Source of the DNA: Candidatus Eiseniibacteriota bacterium
Lineage (GTDB): Bacteria > Eisenbacteria > RBG-16-71-46 > JASEGR01
DNA: 64,000 nt
Assembly: GCA_030017955.1 (NCBI GenBank)
Contig: JASEGR010000001.1
Coordinates: 13,761-77,760, forward strand
Reading direction: 5' to 3'
Shown here piece after piece: positions 48,781-57,550 of this stretch. Below the pieces are notes generated by a model. That model worked only from the letters and a program-made list of their open reading frames with translations. It had not been told where the DNA came from and searched no databases. Positions within the stretch are counted from its first letter, which is position 1, and each line of letters begins with the position of its first letter. The position numbers were made by a program, and so were the translations under genes.

Positions 48781-48880
48781 CCCTCACCAGCCTCTCCCCA
48801 TTGGGGAGAGGGTCAGGGTGAGGGGAACCTCAAGCCCTCTATCACCCTCTCCCCTCTGGGGAGAGGGTTAGGGTGAGGGG
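48781..48880. repeat. Pair of BoxC-like REP palindromes
   Basis: cctctccccattggggagagggtcagggtgagggg and ccctctcccctctggggagagggttagggtgagggg. Confidence 0.88.
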
Positions 48881-50040
48881 CGCCCCACCAGTCCCTCGTA
48901 CAGCCCCTCCATCTTCAGCATCCACTGTGCATGATCGGCTTTCTCCCTGACGAGCGAGTAGTTTGCCTCCCGGCTACTGTTTCTCGTTGGCTCGTTTTTC
49001 AGCACAGTCAGTATCGAATCAGCCAGGGATTCCGGCGACTTGTCTCGCGGAAAGATAGCATTCACGCCCGGGGTAAACCATTCACGCACCGAAGGAAGGT
49101 CACTTAGTACCGGGACTGCACCGCAGGCAATCCCTTCGAGAACACTTATTGGCATGCTGTCACTATCCGGTATGGACACCACAACATCGGCAGCCGAATA
49201 ATAGAGTGGCATTTTGTCGTAAGGAACTTCTTCCTGGAAAACAATAGAGCCGCCTATCTTGAGCTCCCCAGCAATTCTCTCCATCTCAAGGCAGAATGAA
49301 TCCTTGGATTCCTGAGAGCGCGGGCCTTTCAAGACAAGTTTTGCCGAGGGGAACTCTTTCAGAACTCTTGGGAATGCACGAAGAATGGTCTCAACGTTGA
49401 AAAGTGCTTTCATCGCTCTTGGACTGAACACTACTGGGCCATCGCCAAGTCCTAACTCCTGCCGAAGCGAGCGTGCATCGATTCCCGGCCGGAAAAGTTC
49501 GAGGTCAACACCCCAGTGAATCAGTTCGATCTTATCCTTCGGAACACCTGCCGCCTGAAATGCACTTCTTCCCCTTTCTGTCTCGGTCGTTATGAGATCG
49601 GCCTTTCTCGCGGTGTAGCCGAATAGAAACTTGTTCAGCCGTCTTCTGTACGGCTCAAGAAACATATCTGAGCCCCAGCCCGTGAGCACAAAAGGATGGA
49701 AATTCGCGAGCGCCCCGGCCCAGCCGTACTGAGTCACGTAATGTGAGTGGAGAATGTCCGGCGATATCTCCTTCAAGATTCTCTTTATCTTTGGCAGGTT
49801 TTTGTAGGCGCTTGTCCTCGGGAAGGGACGAAGCGAAATGTCGATTTCAGTTATTCCCCCGATATTCCCTGGGACGGATGTCATGAGATAGACGTCGTGG
49901 CCTCTTTTCTTGAAAAACGAGAGCCACCGTTTTGTGTGGATACTGTCCCCTACTGCAAGGTAGCAGAGTTTCAAGTAGTCCCTGTCTCCCACACTAGCAT
50001 CGTGTTTTTCATCAAGACCGGGGCTTGAGTCTTCGCGCAC
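48868..50040 (-). CDS. Glycosyltransferase family 4
   Basis: SIHTKRW, PDILHSH, GWGSD, WGVDL, DSDSMPISVLEGIACG. Confidence 0.92.
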   Translation of the reverse strand: MREDSSPGLDEKHDASVGDRDYLKLCYLAVGDSIHTKRWLSFFKKRGHDVYLMTSVPGNIGGITEIDISLRPFPRTSAYKNLPKIKRILKEISPDILHSHYVTQYGWAGALANFHPFVLTGWGSDMFLEPYRRRLNKFLFGYTARKADLITTETERGRSAFQAAGVPKDKIELIHWGVDLELFRPGIDARSLRQELGLGDGPVVFSPRAMKALFNVETILRAFPRVLKEFPSAKLVLKGPRSQESKDSFCLEMERIAGELKIGGSIVFQEEVPYDKMPLYYSAADVVVSIPDSDSMPISVLEGIACGAVPVLSDLPSVREWFTPGVNAIFPRDKSPESLADSILTVLKNEPTRNSSREANYSLVREKADHAQWMLKMEGLYEGLVGRPSP

Positions 50041-51433
50041 TCACATAAGAAAGGAACTTTTTGAAGAGCTTCCCATATCCTGACGGAGGCGTTGTCCAGA
50101 AGCGCATGGCTACCCGACCCAGAAAATCAGTCACAGAAAACTTGAGCATTCTCCGGTAGGGCTCAAGCTCTCTTACGAACCGGATGTGTTCTTCCTCCAA
50201 TTCTTCTCTGGTCAGATACCGGGTGGGCATAACGACAGTTTGATGAAGGTCGATTGCTGACCAGTCCATGTTGTCGCTGACAAACTGTTTCTGCTTCGCG
50301 TAATCATATACTTCGCATCCCGGGTAGGGCGTGAAGACTGTGACGGCTGCAAAATCGGGCTCAAGCCTGGCAAGAAGTTTCTTTGTCTCAACGATGCTTT
50401 CCCTGCTCTCGCCGGGAGCGCCGACCATGAGATATGCGTGCCTCTTCATTGTGAGACCTTTTGACGCTCTGAATGCCTCCGCAATCTGCTCGATCGTGCT
50501 TCCCTTCTTCAGCTCCTTGAGTATTTCGGGTGAGCCGCTCTCAACTCCCATCCAGATTTCACTGCAACCGGCAGTGGCCATCTCCACAAACGTTTCTCTA
50601 TCAACCGTGTTCACGTGGACATTGCAGCCCCAAGTAATCTTGAGTCCTGATTCCTTCAGTTTCCTCGAAAACTCAATAGTTCTTTCCTTTGTCACTGTGA
50701 ACGTATCGTCGGAGAAATTCACATGCTCAATTCCGTAATCACGCACAAGCTCTTCTATTTCTTTGATGACATTTTCGGGAGACCGCGGTCGCCACATTCG
50801 CGTCCAGACCGTATGCGACGCACAGTATGTACAGCGGTAGGGACAGCCTCTACTGGACAACACCCAGATCGTTCTCTTTCCGGCCTGGGATGATGTCCGG
50901 ATGAATTTCTCCTGGTCGAAGAGCTTTCTGTCCGGGGGCGGAAGCTCGTCAGTATTCTTGACAAGAGGTCTTGGTGGATTCGACCGTATTCCCGAACCGT
51001 CCCTGTATGAAATCCCCAGCACGTTCTTCACATCTCCGTTCCCTTCAAGTGTTCGAACAAGGTCAAGAAGCGTGAGTTCGCCTTCGTTTCTTACCACAAA
51101 ATCGACTTCATCATTGAGGAGAACGGATTCAGTGCACGCCGTGGCGTGAGTGCCGCCAAACACAATCTTCAGATTGGGATTATGTCTCTTTGCCTTCCTA
51201 GCAATGTTCATGCCGTCGGAAAACATGGGGGACGTCCCGGTAATCCCTGCAATGTCCGATTCGGCACAGGCCATTGCAATCGCATCCGCATCCTCGAAGG
51301 CCGAGATTCTGATGGAGACGTCTGAAAAGCCGTTGGCCTTGAGAAAAGACGCGAGGTAGCCGAGGTTCAGGGGTTCCCAGACAAACGATGGGTTATGCCG
51401 GTAAGCTTTGGGTTGAACCAGAGTTATCTTCAC
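50012..51433 (-). CDS. Cobalamin-binding radical SAM protein (class B methylase-like)
   Basis: PLNLGYLAS, GGTHAT, EGE, SSRGCPYRCTYC, DDTFT, GVESGS, TPYPG. Confidence 0.92.
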   Translation of the reverse strand: MKITLVQPKAYRHNPSFVWEPLNLGYLASFLKANGFSDVSIRISAFEDADAIAMACAESDIAGITGTSPMFSDGMNIARKAKRHNPNLKIVFGGTHATACTESVLLNDEVDFVVRNEGELTLLDLVRTLEGNGDVKNVLGISYRDGSGIRSNPPRPLVKNTDELPPPDRKLFDQEKFIRTSSQAGKRTIWVLSSRGCPYRCTYCASHTVWTRMWRPRSPENVIKEIEELVRDYGIEHVNFSDDTFTVTKERTIEFSRKLKESGLKITWGCNVHVNTVDRETFVEMATAGCSEIWMGVESGSPEILKELKKGSTIEQIAEAFRASKGLTMKRHAYLMVGAPGESRESIVETKKLLARLEPDFAAVTVFTPYPGCEVYDYAKQKQFVSDNMDWSAIDLHQTVVMPTRYLTREELEEEHIRFVRELEPYRRMLKFSVTDFLGRVAMRFWTTPPSGYGKLFKKFLSYVSARRLKPRS

Positions 51434-51440
51434 TGCCGAA

Positions 51441-51449
51441 AGTATAACA
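51441..51449 (-). promoter_or_regulatory. Extended -10 element giving a probable leaderless mRNA
   Basis: TGT-TATACT ends 7 nt before the GTG at 51433; no Shine-Dalgarno. Confidence 0.55.
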
Positions 51450-51515
51450 CAAGGTCAAAAATCGTTCACCCAGGAAAAAAGGTGACCTCAGAGTCTGGAC
51501 AATAGTGTTGCGGAG

Positions 51516-52415
51516 TCATCTCCTGCAGATTACTTGAAGTATTCCTTCGATAACACCAACTGTTCCTCTCGGGCTTCCGGCGAGGATCTGGTCCAGTATT
51601 AGGCCAAGAATCGATATCGAATGCGCCAACTTGCTTACAGAGTCCTGAGGGAAATTCTTCTTGAACAGGTAGTGGTGATTGATGACAAGGGTCTTTTTTG
51701 CCTCGCGATTGTCCGGCCTTTCCCTCTTTGAAGGAAGATGGGCAAGTCTTGCGTAGGGCTCATATACGAGTTTGTACTTTCTCGAGATTCTGTACGAGAG
51801 GTCATCGTCTTCCATGTAGCTCCCCCTGGCAAGATCCTCGTCGGGTCTGATTTCATCGAGAACTTTTCTTCTGTATGCAGTGAGTCCGCCGGAAAGGCAT
51901 TCGACTTCTTGCCTGACTTTTCTGTCGTGAACGAATGTCGGGAAGCCTGACCTCTTGAACTTGCCGCTGCCGAAATCAGGGAGAAAGAATGCTTTCCTCA
52001 AAAGGCTCCTGAGTCCTCTTCTTCTCGGAGGAAGGTTTGTTATTGTCCCCATTCCCCCCGCTATCTCGCCTCTTTCATCCTGCTCAAAGACGCCGAGCAG
52101 ACTCAAAATGAAGCCGTCTTCGAGGACTACATCATCATCGAAGAAGAAAATCACATCTCCAGTGGCTTTTTCTATCCCGACCCTCTTCTGAAGGGAAAGC
52201 CCGGGCTTGCTTCTCAGGAACACGAGGCGGAATCCAGGATCTGGAAAGTCTGTCTTGAGCTCCTGCTCGAATGGCGCGCCATCCGACGAGTCAACAACGA
52301 TTGCCTCGTCGGGCAGCCTGGTCTGCTTCGCAATCGACGCCAAGCACCTTTTGAGTTCTTCGGGCCTGTTCCTGGTAGGTATAACGACCGATGTCCTAAG
52401 TGGAACACTTTTCAT
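51516..52415 (-). CDS. Glycosyltransferase family 2
   Basis: SVVIPTRNRP, VVDSS, FFDDD, EDDDLSYR. Confidence 0.92.
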   Translation of the reverse strand: MKSVPLRTSVVIPTRNRPEELKRCLASIAKQTRLPDEAIVVDSSDGAPFEQELKTDFPDPGFRLVFLRSKPGLSLQKRVGIEKATGDVIFFFDDDVVLEDGFILSLLGVFEQDERGEIAGGMGTITNLPPRRRGLRSLLRKAFFLPDFGSGKFKRSGFPTFVHDRKVRQEVECLSGGLTAYRRKVLDEIRPDEDLARGSYMEDDDLSYRISRKYKLVYEPYARLAHLPSKRERPDNREAKKTLVINHHYLFKKNFPQDSVSKLAHSISILGLILDQILAGSPRGTVGVIEGILQVICRR

Positions 52416-52589
52416 GGGAAGGAGCCTCGGGCAAAAAGGTTATTTCTTCGTGATGCTGACAGCGGTGTCCGTCGGCGGTCGAGGCGGATCCCGGAGTCAG
52501 CTGGGGCGAGGAACTCATCTCTTGGATTCCAAAAGCATTACTTCTATCGGTGGTCAAGGTGGACGCCCGAATTGGCCGGAGCATGGAAA

Positions 52590-53819
52590 TCATCTCTTGC
52601 TTTTCCAGAGCGCCTCGACGCTGGATACAATGAATTCGAGATCTTCTCTTTTCAGCGAAGGATGACATGGAAGCGACAATATCTTCGCAGCGAGTCCTTC
52701 TGTTATCGGCAGAGAGTCGGGCCCGTATCCGAGATATCTCAGTGCAGGCTGAAGGTGGACCGGAGGAAAGTAGACTTTTGAAGAGATGCCTTTTTTCCCA
52801 AGCCATTCCGCCAGCTCCGTGCGCGAGAAACCGGTCAGAGCTTCTTCGATCTTCAAGGTATAGAGCGTGAAGGGATGCGTCCTGTCATTCTTGATTGCGG
52901 GCGGCACGATTCCGCTAAACTTTGACAGCTTCTCACTGAGATACCTGGCGTTTACATTCTTCTTCTTGTTGATTGAATCAAGCTTCTTAAGCTGCTCGAT
53001 TCCTACCGCTGCCTGGAGCTCGGTCATCCTGTAGTTGTAACCGACAACGACATGATGGTACTGCTTCTCCTGTCCGTGATTTCTCAGAAGTCTGAGCTTG
53101 GCTGCAAGCGAGCCATCGCCGGTAGTGACCATACCGCCTTCACCTGCCGTGATGTTCTTTGTCGGAGTGAAACTGAACATCGCCGCATCTCCAAAAGAAC
53201 CGGCCTTCTTCCCTTTATAGGAAGCTCCATGCGCCTGGGCTGCATCCTCAATGACAAGAAGATTTCGCAATCCGGCTATTTCGAGTATCTCCTTCATATC
53301 AGCCGGTTGTCCCCCATAGTGTACCGGCATCACGGCCTTTGTTTTCTTGGTGATCTTCCTCTCGACATCCGATGGGTCCAGGTTGAAGCTCTCCGGATCG
53401 ACTTCAGCGAAGACGGGCGTCCCGCCTGCATGGATAACGGAAGTGGCAGTCGAGAAAAATGTGAGCGATGGGACGATTACTTCATCTCCGCGGCCGATCC
53501 CGAGCGCAAGAAGGATTGAGTGAAGGGCGACTGTGCCGTTCATGAAGGCAACAGCGTGTTCAACCCCCACGTAAGCGGCAAACTTCCTCTCGAACTTCTC
53601 CACCTGCTCGCCCTGGCTCAACCATCCGGAAGCAATGACGTTCTTGAGGGCTTCCACCTCTTCCTTCCCAACGGAAGGGCAGGCAAGAGGAATTGGGTTG
53701 GCGGGGCCTCGACTGTGTGGCCGCCGGCGCGGGTGAATTGGGTCACGGGAACCTGGGCTACGGCGCCGCGGTTTCTGAGTCGATCTAGAAGAAGAGGTGT
53801 TTGAGTTTTTCAAACTCAT
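52590..53819 (-). CDS. DegT/DnrJ/EryC1/StrS sugar aminotransferase (start uncertain)
   Basis: SGWLSQG, NGTVALH, IEDAAQAHG, FSFTPTKNITAGEGG, GYNYRM, LSLPCHP. Confidence 0.93.
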   Translation of the reverse strand: MSLKNSNTSSSRSTQKPRRRSPGSRDPIHPRRRPHSRGPANPIPLACPSVGKEEVEALKNVIASGWLSQGEQVEKFERKFAAYVGVEHAVAFMNGTVALHSILLALGIGRGDEVIVPSLTFFSTATSVIHAGGTPVFAEVDPESFNLDPSDVERKITKKTKAVMPVHYGGQPADMKEILEIAGLRNLLVIEDAAQAHGASYKGKKAGSFGDAAMFSFTPTKNITAGEGGMVTTGDGSLAAKLRLLRNHGQEKQYHHVVVGYNYRMTELQAAVGIEQLKKLDSINKKKNVNARYLSEKLSKFSGIVPPAIKNDRTHPFTLYTLKIEEALTGFSRTELAEWLGKKGISSKVYFPPVHLQPALRYLGYGPDSLPITEGLAAKILSLPCHPSLKREDLEFIVSSVEALWKSKR

Positions 53820-54486
53820 TCTGGGCCTTCTCGTATTCTTCGTGTCTTCCTATGTCCAGCCAGAAATCGCTGCACGGGTAGCCAACCACCTTCTTGCCAT
53901 CTCCGATCAATCTCAAGACAAGCTCAGGGAAATCAGCCTTCTCCCCCTTCTTGATATAGCTCAGGGCCTCGGGCTCAAAAACGTAGATACCCATGCCAAC
54001 CTCGTAGCGATGAACTGGTTTCTCAATGTATCCTGTAATGTTGTACTTCCCGTCGCGCTCAACATATCCGAGGTTGATTTGATGAGACCTCTCCTGAAGG
54101 GCAATTGTAAGAACAGCATCTTTCTTCTTGTGATACTCGACGACCCTGTTGAAATCGAGCGTTGTGAGAAGGTCCCCATTCATCACAAGAAATGTTGAAC
54201 TGAGGTCCTTGACAAGCAAAATTGGACCGGCTGTCCCAAGGGACTCTCTCTCAACTGAATACTCAAGCTCAACACCCCACTTGCTTCCATCCCCGAAGTA
54301 AGCTTCAAAGAGATGGGACAGATAGCCGACCGCAAGAGTGATTTTGGTGAATCCCTGCTTCTTGAGCTGCCTTATGACTATTTCCAGGATCGGATAGTCA
54401 CCAACCGGGAGAAGCGGCTTGGGAAGAACCGTTGTGAGTGGAAGAAGCCTGGTTCCCTTGCCCCCTGCAAGCACAATAGTTTTCAC
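53785..54486 (-). CDS. Sugar-1-phosphate nucleotidyltransferase
   Basis: LAGGKGTRL.PLT..PKPL, LGTAG, MNGD, EKP, WLDIG. Confidence 0.95.
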   Translation of the reverse strand: MKTIVLAGGKGTRLLPLTTVLPKPLLPVGDYPILEIVIRQLKKQGFTKITLAVGYLSHLFEAYFGDGSKWGVELEYSVERESLGTAGPILLVKDLSSTFLVMNGDLLTTLDFNRVVEYHKKKDAVLTIALQERSHQINLGYVERDGKYNITGYIEKPVHRYEVGMGIYVFEPEALSYIKKGEKADFPELVLRLIGDGKKVVGYPCSDFWLDIGRHEEYEKAQNEFEKLKHLFF

Positions 54487-54527
54487 GAATCACCTCGCTC
54501 GATCTCGGTCAACTCGCCAAAGCTCCC

Positions 54528-55511
54528 TTACACAACGTATTCCCAGGGTCTGAACCGGCCCATGTTCTCGGAAAACCATTTGATGGTTTCCTTGAGACCT
54601 TTATCCAGCGAGACTTTCGGTTCCCAACCAAGCAATTCCCTTGCCTTGCTTGAATCGGCGACGAGCCGCTGGACCTCACTTCTCTCGGGCCTGACCCTTT
54701 CCTTCGCCTCCGTGACGACAAGCTCCTTTCCGACGAGTTCCCCTATCTTCTTCACCAGTTCTCCGACCGAGATTCCAGTCCCAGTCCCAATGTTCATTAC
54801 CTCTCCGACGGACCTCTCATCCTCTGCGATTCTAAGAAAGGCATCAACAGTGTCCGCGACAAAGGTGAAGTCTCTCGTAGGATGAAGGGAGCCGGCCTTC
54901 ACCTCGATTCCTTTCAAGGCCTGGGTGATGATGGTAGGCACGACTGCGCGCATCGATTGTCTTGGTCCATAGCAGTTGAAAGGCCTTATTGTCGCGACCG
55001 GAAGGCCAAACGAAAGATGGAAGCTCTCGGCAAGCTTGTCGGCTCCTATCTTGCTGGCCGAATAGGGCGATTGGCCTTGGAGCGGGTGTTTCTCGTCAAT
55101 TGGAACATAGAGGGCCGAGCCATAGACTTCACTTGTCGAAGTGTGAACAATCTTTTCGACTCCGACTTCTTTTGCGGCATTAAGCACGTTGAGAGTCCCG
55201 ACCACATTGGTCTCGACGACATCCAGGGGATGCTTGTACGAGTAAGGAATTGCGATGAGCGCGGCCAGGTGAAAAACAACATCCGTCTTGTCCATGGCTT
55301 TCTTGACTGCGTCACTGTCCTTGAGATCTCCATGGATAATCTCAACCCTGTCTTCGAGCCCGGAATCCGACAGAAAACCCCTCTCGCCTCTTGAAGTGTA
55401 TCTCAGGAAGACTCTGACTTTGGCTCCTTCTTTGACAAGTTTCTCAGCAAGATGGCTTCCAATGAAGCCGCCGCCGCCAGTGAGAAGTATTCTCTTTCCT
55501 GAGAGTTTCAT
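54528..55511 (-). CDS. NAD-dependent NDP-sugar dehydratase (LegB-like)
   Basis: TGGGGFIGSHL, HLAALIAIPYSY, HTSTSEVYG, QGQSPYSASK, RPFN.YGPRQS, PTRDFTFV. Confidence 0.9.
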   Translation of the reverse strand: MKLSGKRILLTGGGGFIGSHLAEKLVKEGAKVRVFLRYTSRGERGFLSDSGLEDRVEIIHGDLKDSDAVKKAMDKTDVVFHLAALIAIPYSYKHPLDVVETNVVGTLNVLNAAKEVGVEKIVHTSTSEVYGSALYVPIDEKHPLQGQSPYSASKIGADKLAESFHLSFGLPVATIRPFNCYGPRQSMRAVVPTIITQALKGIEVKAGSLHPTRDFTFVADTVDAFLRIAEDERSVGEVMNIGTGTGISVGELVKKIGELVGKELVVTEAKERVRPERSEVQRLVADSSKARELLGWEPKVSLDKGLKETIKWFSENMGRFRPWEYVV

Positions 55512-55568
55512 GAAAGCTCCTCCTCTTCTTTCCTTCGGAAGATTGGAGTCGAGGAAGAAACCCCGTTC

Positions 55569-56681
55569 CTATCCTAGGAACTCACCGATAATCTTGACTA
55601 TTCTCCCTGTTGCGCTCCCAACTCCGAAAAGCTCGGGTCTTCTCGGAGTCCCGGGGAGACCCCTCCTTACAGTATCGACAATCTCTTCCTCATCAACATC
55701 GCAGAGCGTGTTCCATCCACCCTCGAGCGTCTCAACCCATTCAGTCCTGTTTCTCAGTGTAACTACCGGCACTTCAAAAAAGTAAGCCTCTTTCTGTACA
55801 CCACCTGAATCTGTCAGGACCACAGCAGCATTTTTCTCAAGGACCAGCATGTCCAGATAAGACACCGGATCAATCATCCTGAGCTGCGGGCTTGCCGAAA
55901 AGGAAATCCCGCTGATAACCTTTCTTGTCCTCGGGTGAACCGGAAAAACGACCGGTCGCCCGAGTTTTCCGGCCATATTGAGAATCTTGAGCACCCTCTC
56001 CGGATCATCCGTATTTTCCGCCCTGTGCACTGTCAGCAAGAAGTATCCTTTTTTTGAGAGACTTAGTGAAGAGAGAATTTCACTTCTCTTTTCGGCCTCA
56101 ACGATCCTCTCCCCGAGAGTTTCAAGCATTACGTCTCCGGTGAAGTGGACTCCACTCCAGATTCCTTCCTTGTGCAGGTTTTGAACCGCCGTTTCAGTGG
56201 GACAGAACAAGAGCGCCGATACATGGTCCGTCAGGCAGCGGTTTATCTCTTCAGGCATCTTCTTCTCGTAACTTCTGAGGCCTGCCTCAACGTGGGCCAC
56301 GTCTATTCCCATCTTGGATGAAGCGAGTGCGCCCGCAAGAGTCGAGTTGGTGTCTCCGTAGACAATCGAGAGCGCCGGAGATTCGTCAATGAGCACCTGC
56401 TCAATTCTTTTCAGCATTTCGCCGGTCTGGAAACCATGTGAACCGGACCCGACCTCGAGATTGTACGCAGGTTCCGGTATCTCCAGCTCTTCGAAGAAGA
56501 CTCTCGACATCGCGTCATCATAGTGCTGACCGGTGTGAACGAGCACTTCCTCAAAATGTTCCCGAAGGAGTCTCCAGAGCTGAGCGCACTTTATGAATTG
56601 AGGCCTCGCGCCTACAATCGAGACTACTTTCTTTTTCCCTTTCAGCTGTACACCCTCCCCTGCGGACTTCCCGAAACTCAT
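55569..56681 (-). CDS. wecB: UDP-N-acetylglucosamine 2-epimerase (non-hydrolysing, WecB/WbpI-like)
   Basis: GARPQFIK, HTGQHYD, YGDTNST, HVEAGLRS, PEEINR, TDSGGVQKEA. Confidence 0.93.
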   Translation of the reverse strand: MSFGKSAGEGVQLKGKKKVVSIVGARPQFIKCAQLWRLLREHFEEVLVHTGQHYDDAMSRVFFEELEIPEPAYNLEVGSGSHGFQTGEMLKRIEQVLIDESPALSIVYGDTNSTLAGALASSKMGIDVAHVEAGLRSYEKKMPEEINRCLTDHVSALLFCPTETAVQNLHKEGIWSGVHFTGDVMLETLGERIVEAEKRSEILSSLSLSKKGYFLLTVHRAENTDDPERVLKILNMAGKLGRPVVFPVHPRTRKVISGISFSASPQLRMIDPVSYLDMLVLEKNAAVVLTDSGGVQKEAYFFEVPVVTLRNRTEWVETLEGGWNTLCDVDEEEIVDTVRRGLPGTPRRPELFGVGSATGRIVKIIGEFLG

Positions 56682-56717
56682 CTAACGTTGCGGCGATTTA
56701 TTCCCGGCATAGTTCAG

Positions 56718-57530
56718 TCAGAGTTTGAGATTCTCCACTTTACAAAACGGGCAAATCCAGATTTTGTCTTTTGCTTCTTCCGTGATGTGCCTGCCGCATG
56801 ACCTGCACACATGAAAGACAAGACGTAGCCCGCTCCCGCCTGTCTTCTGGAAAAACATTAGATAGTTGCTTCTGCTCACAAGGTCTATCCCTGCCCGTTT
56901 CAGGATCGAAAGAGTGCTGATGAAACCCTTCTGAAACCGCACGATCCTGGGATCATTCATCCAACTGAAACCCGACGGCGCCTCGGCAAATGAAATAAGC
57001 CTGAGCCCTCTCCTATAGAACTCTCTCACGACTCCTTGAAAGTCAAGCTTCTGCACATGCTCTAGTCTCTTCCTGAATTTGAACATTCCATATTTCGCGA
57101 AGAATCCTGCGAAGCGGTAGAACCTGTCGTCAAAAGACGCGGAGTTTGGAAACGAAAGATAGAGCCTCCCGCCCGGTTTGATTGATGAGACGAGATTGTC
57201 GATCGTTCCGGAGAAATCACCGATGTGCTCAAGCACATACTGGCAAACGACAAAATCGAAGACAGAATCCTTGAGCGGGAAAGAAACCAGGTCCGATAGA
57301 ACAAAGCTGACATTTGAGGACGCTCCCGGATTCCAGTTTTTCCTTCGTATGTCCACGCCGACTATCCTGAGATGCGGGAAGAGCCCATAGTTGAAACTCC
57401 CGCCGCCGCATCCGGCGTCAAGCACAAGACTTCCTGCCGGAAGGTCATTCAGCACTTCGTCAACGAACAAATGTTCATCCATGTGCAGGTTTCCGAGACG
57501 TCCAAGTGAACTCTCCCTTGCGGGATACAC
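56718..57530 (-). CDS. Class I SAM-dependent methyltransferase with C-terminal zinc ribbon
   Basis: VLDAGCGGG, FDFVV..VLEH, KPGGRL; CRSC..CPFC; alternative start ATG 57482. Confidence 0.85.
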   Translation of the reverse strand: MYPARESSLGRLGNLHMDEHLFVDEVLNDLPAGSLVLDAGCGGGSFNYGLFPHLRIVGVDIRRKNWNPGASSNVSFVLSDLVSFPLKDSVFDFVVCQYVLEHIGDFSGTIDNLVSSIKPGGRLYLSFPNSASFDDRFYRFAGFFAKYGMFKFRKRLEHVQKLDFQGVVREFYRRGLRLISFAEAPSGFSWMNDPRIVRFQKGFISTLSILKRAGIDLVSRSNYLMFFQKTGGSGLRLVFHVCRSCGRHITEEAKDKIWICPFCKVENLKL

Positions 57531-57550
57531 CCGGAGAATGCAGGCAAGGG

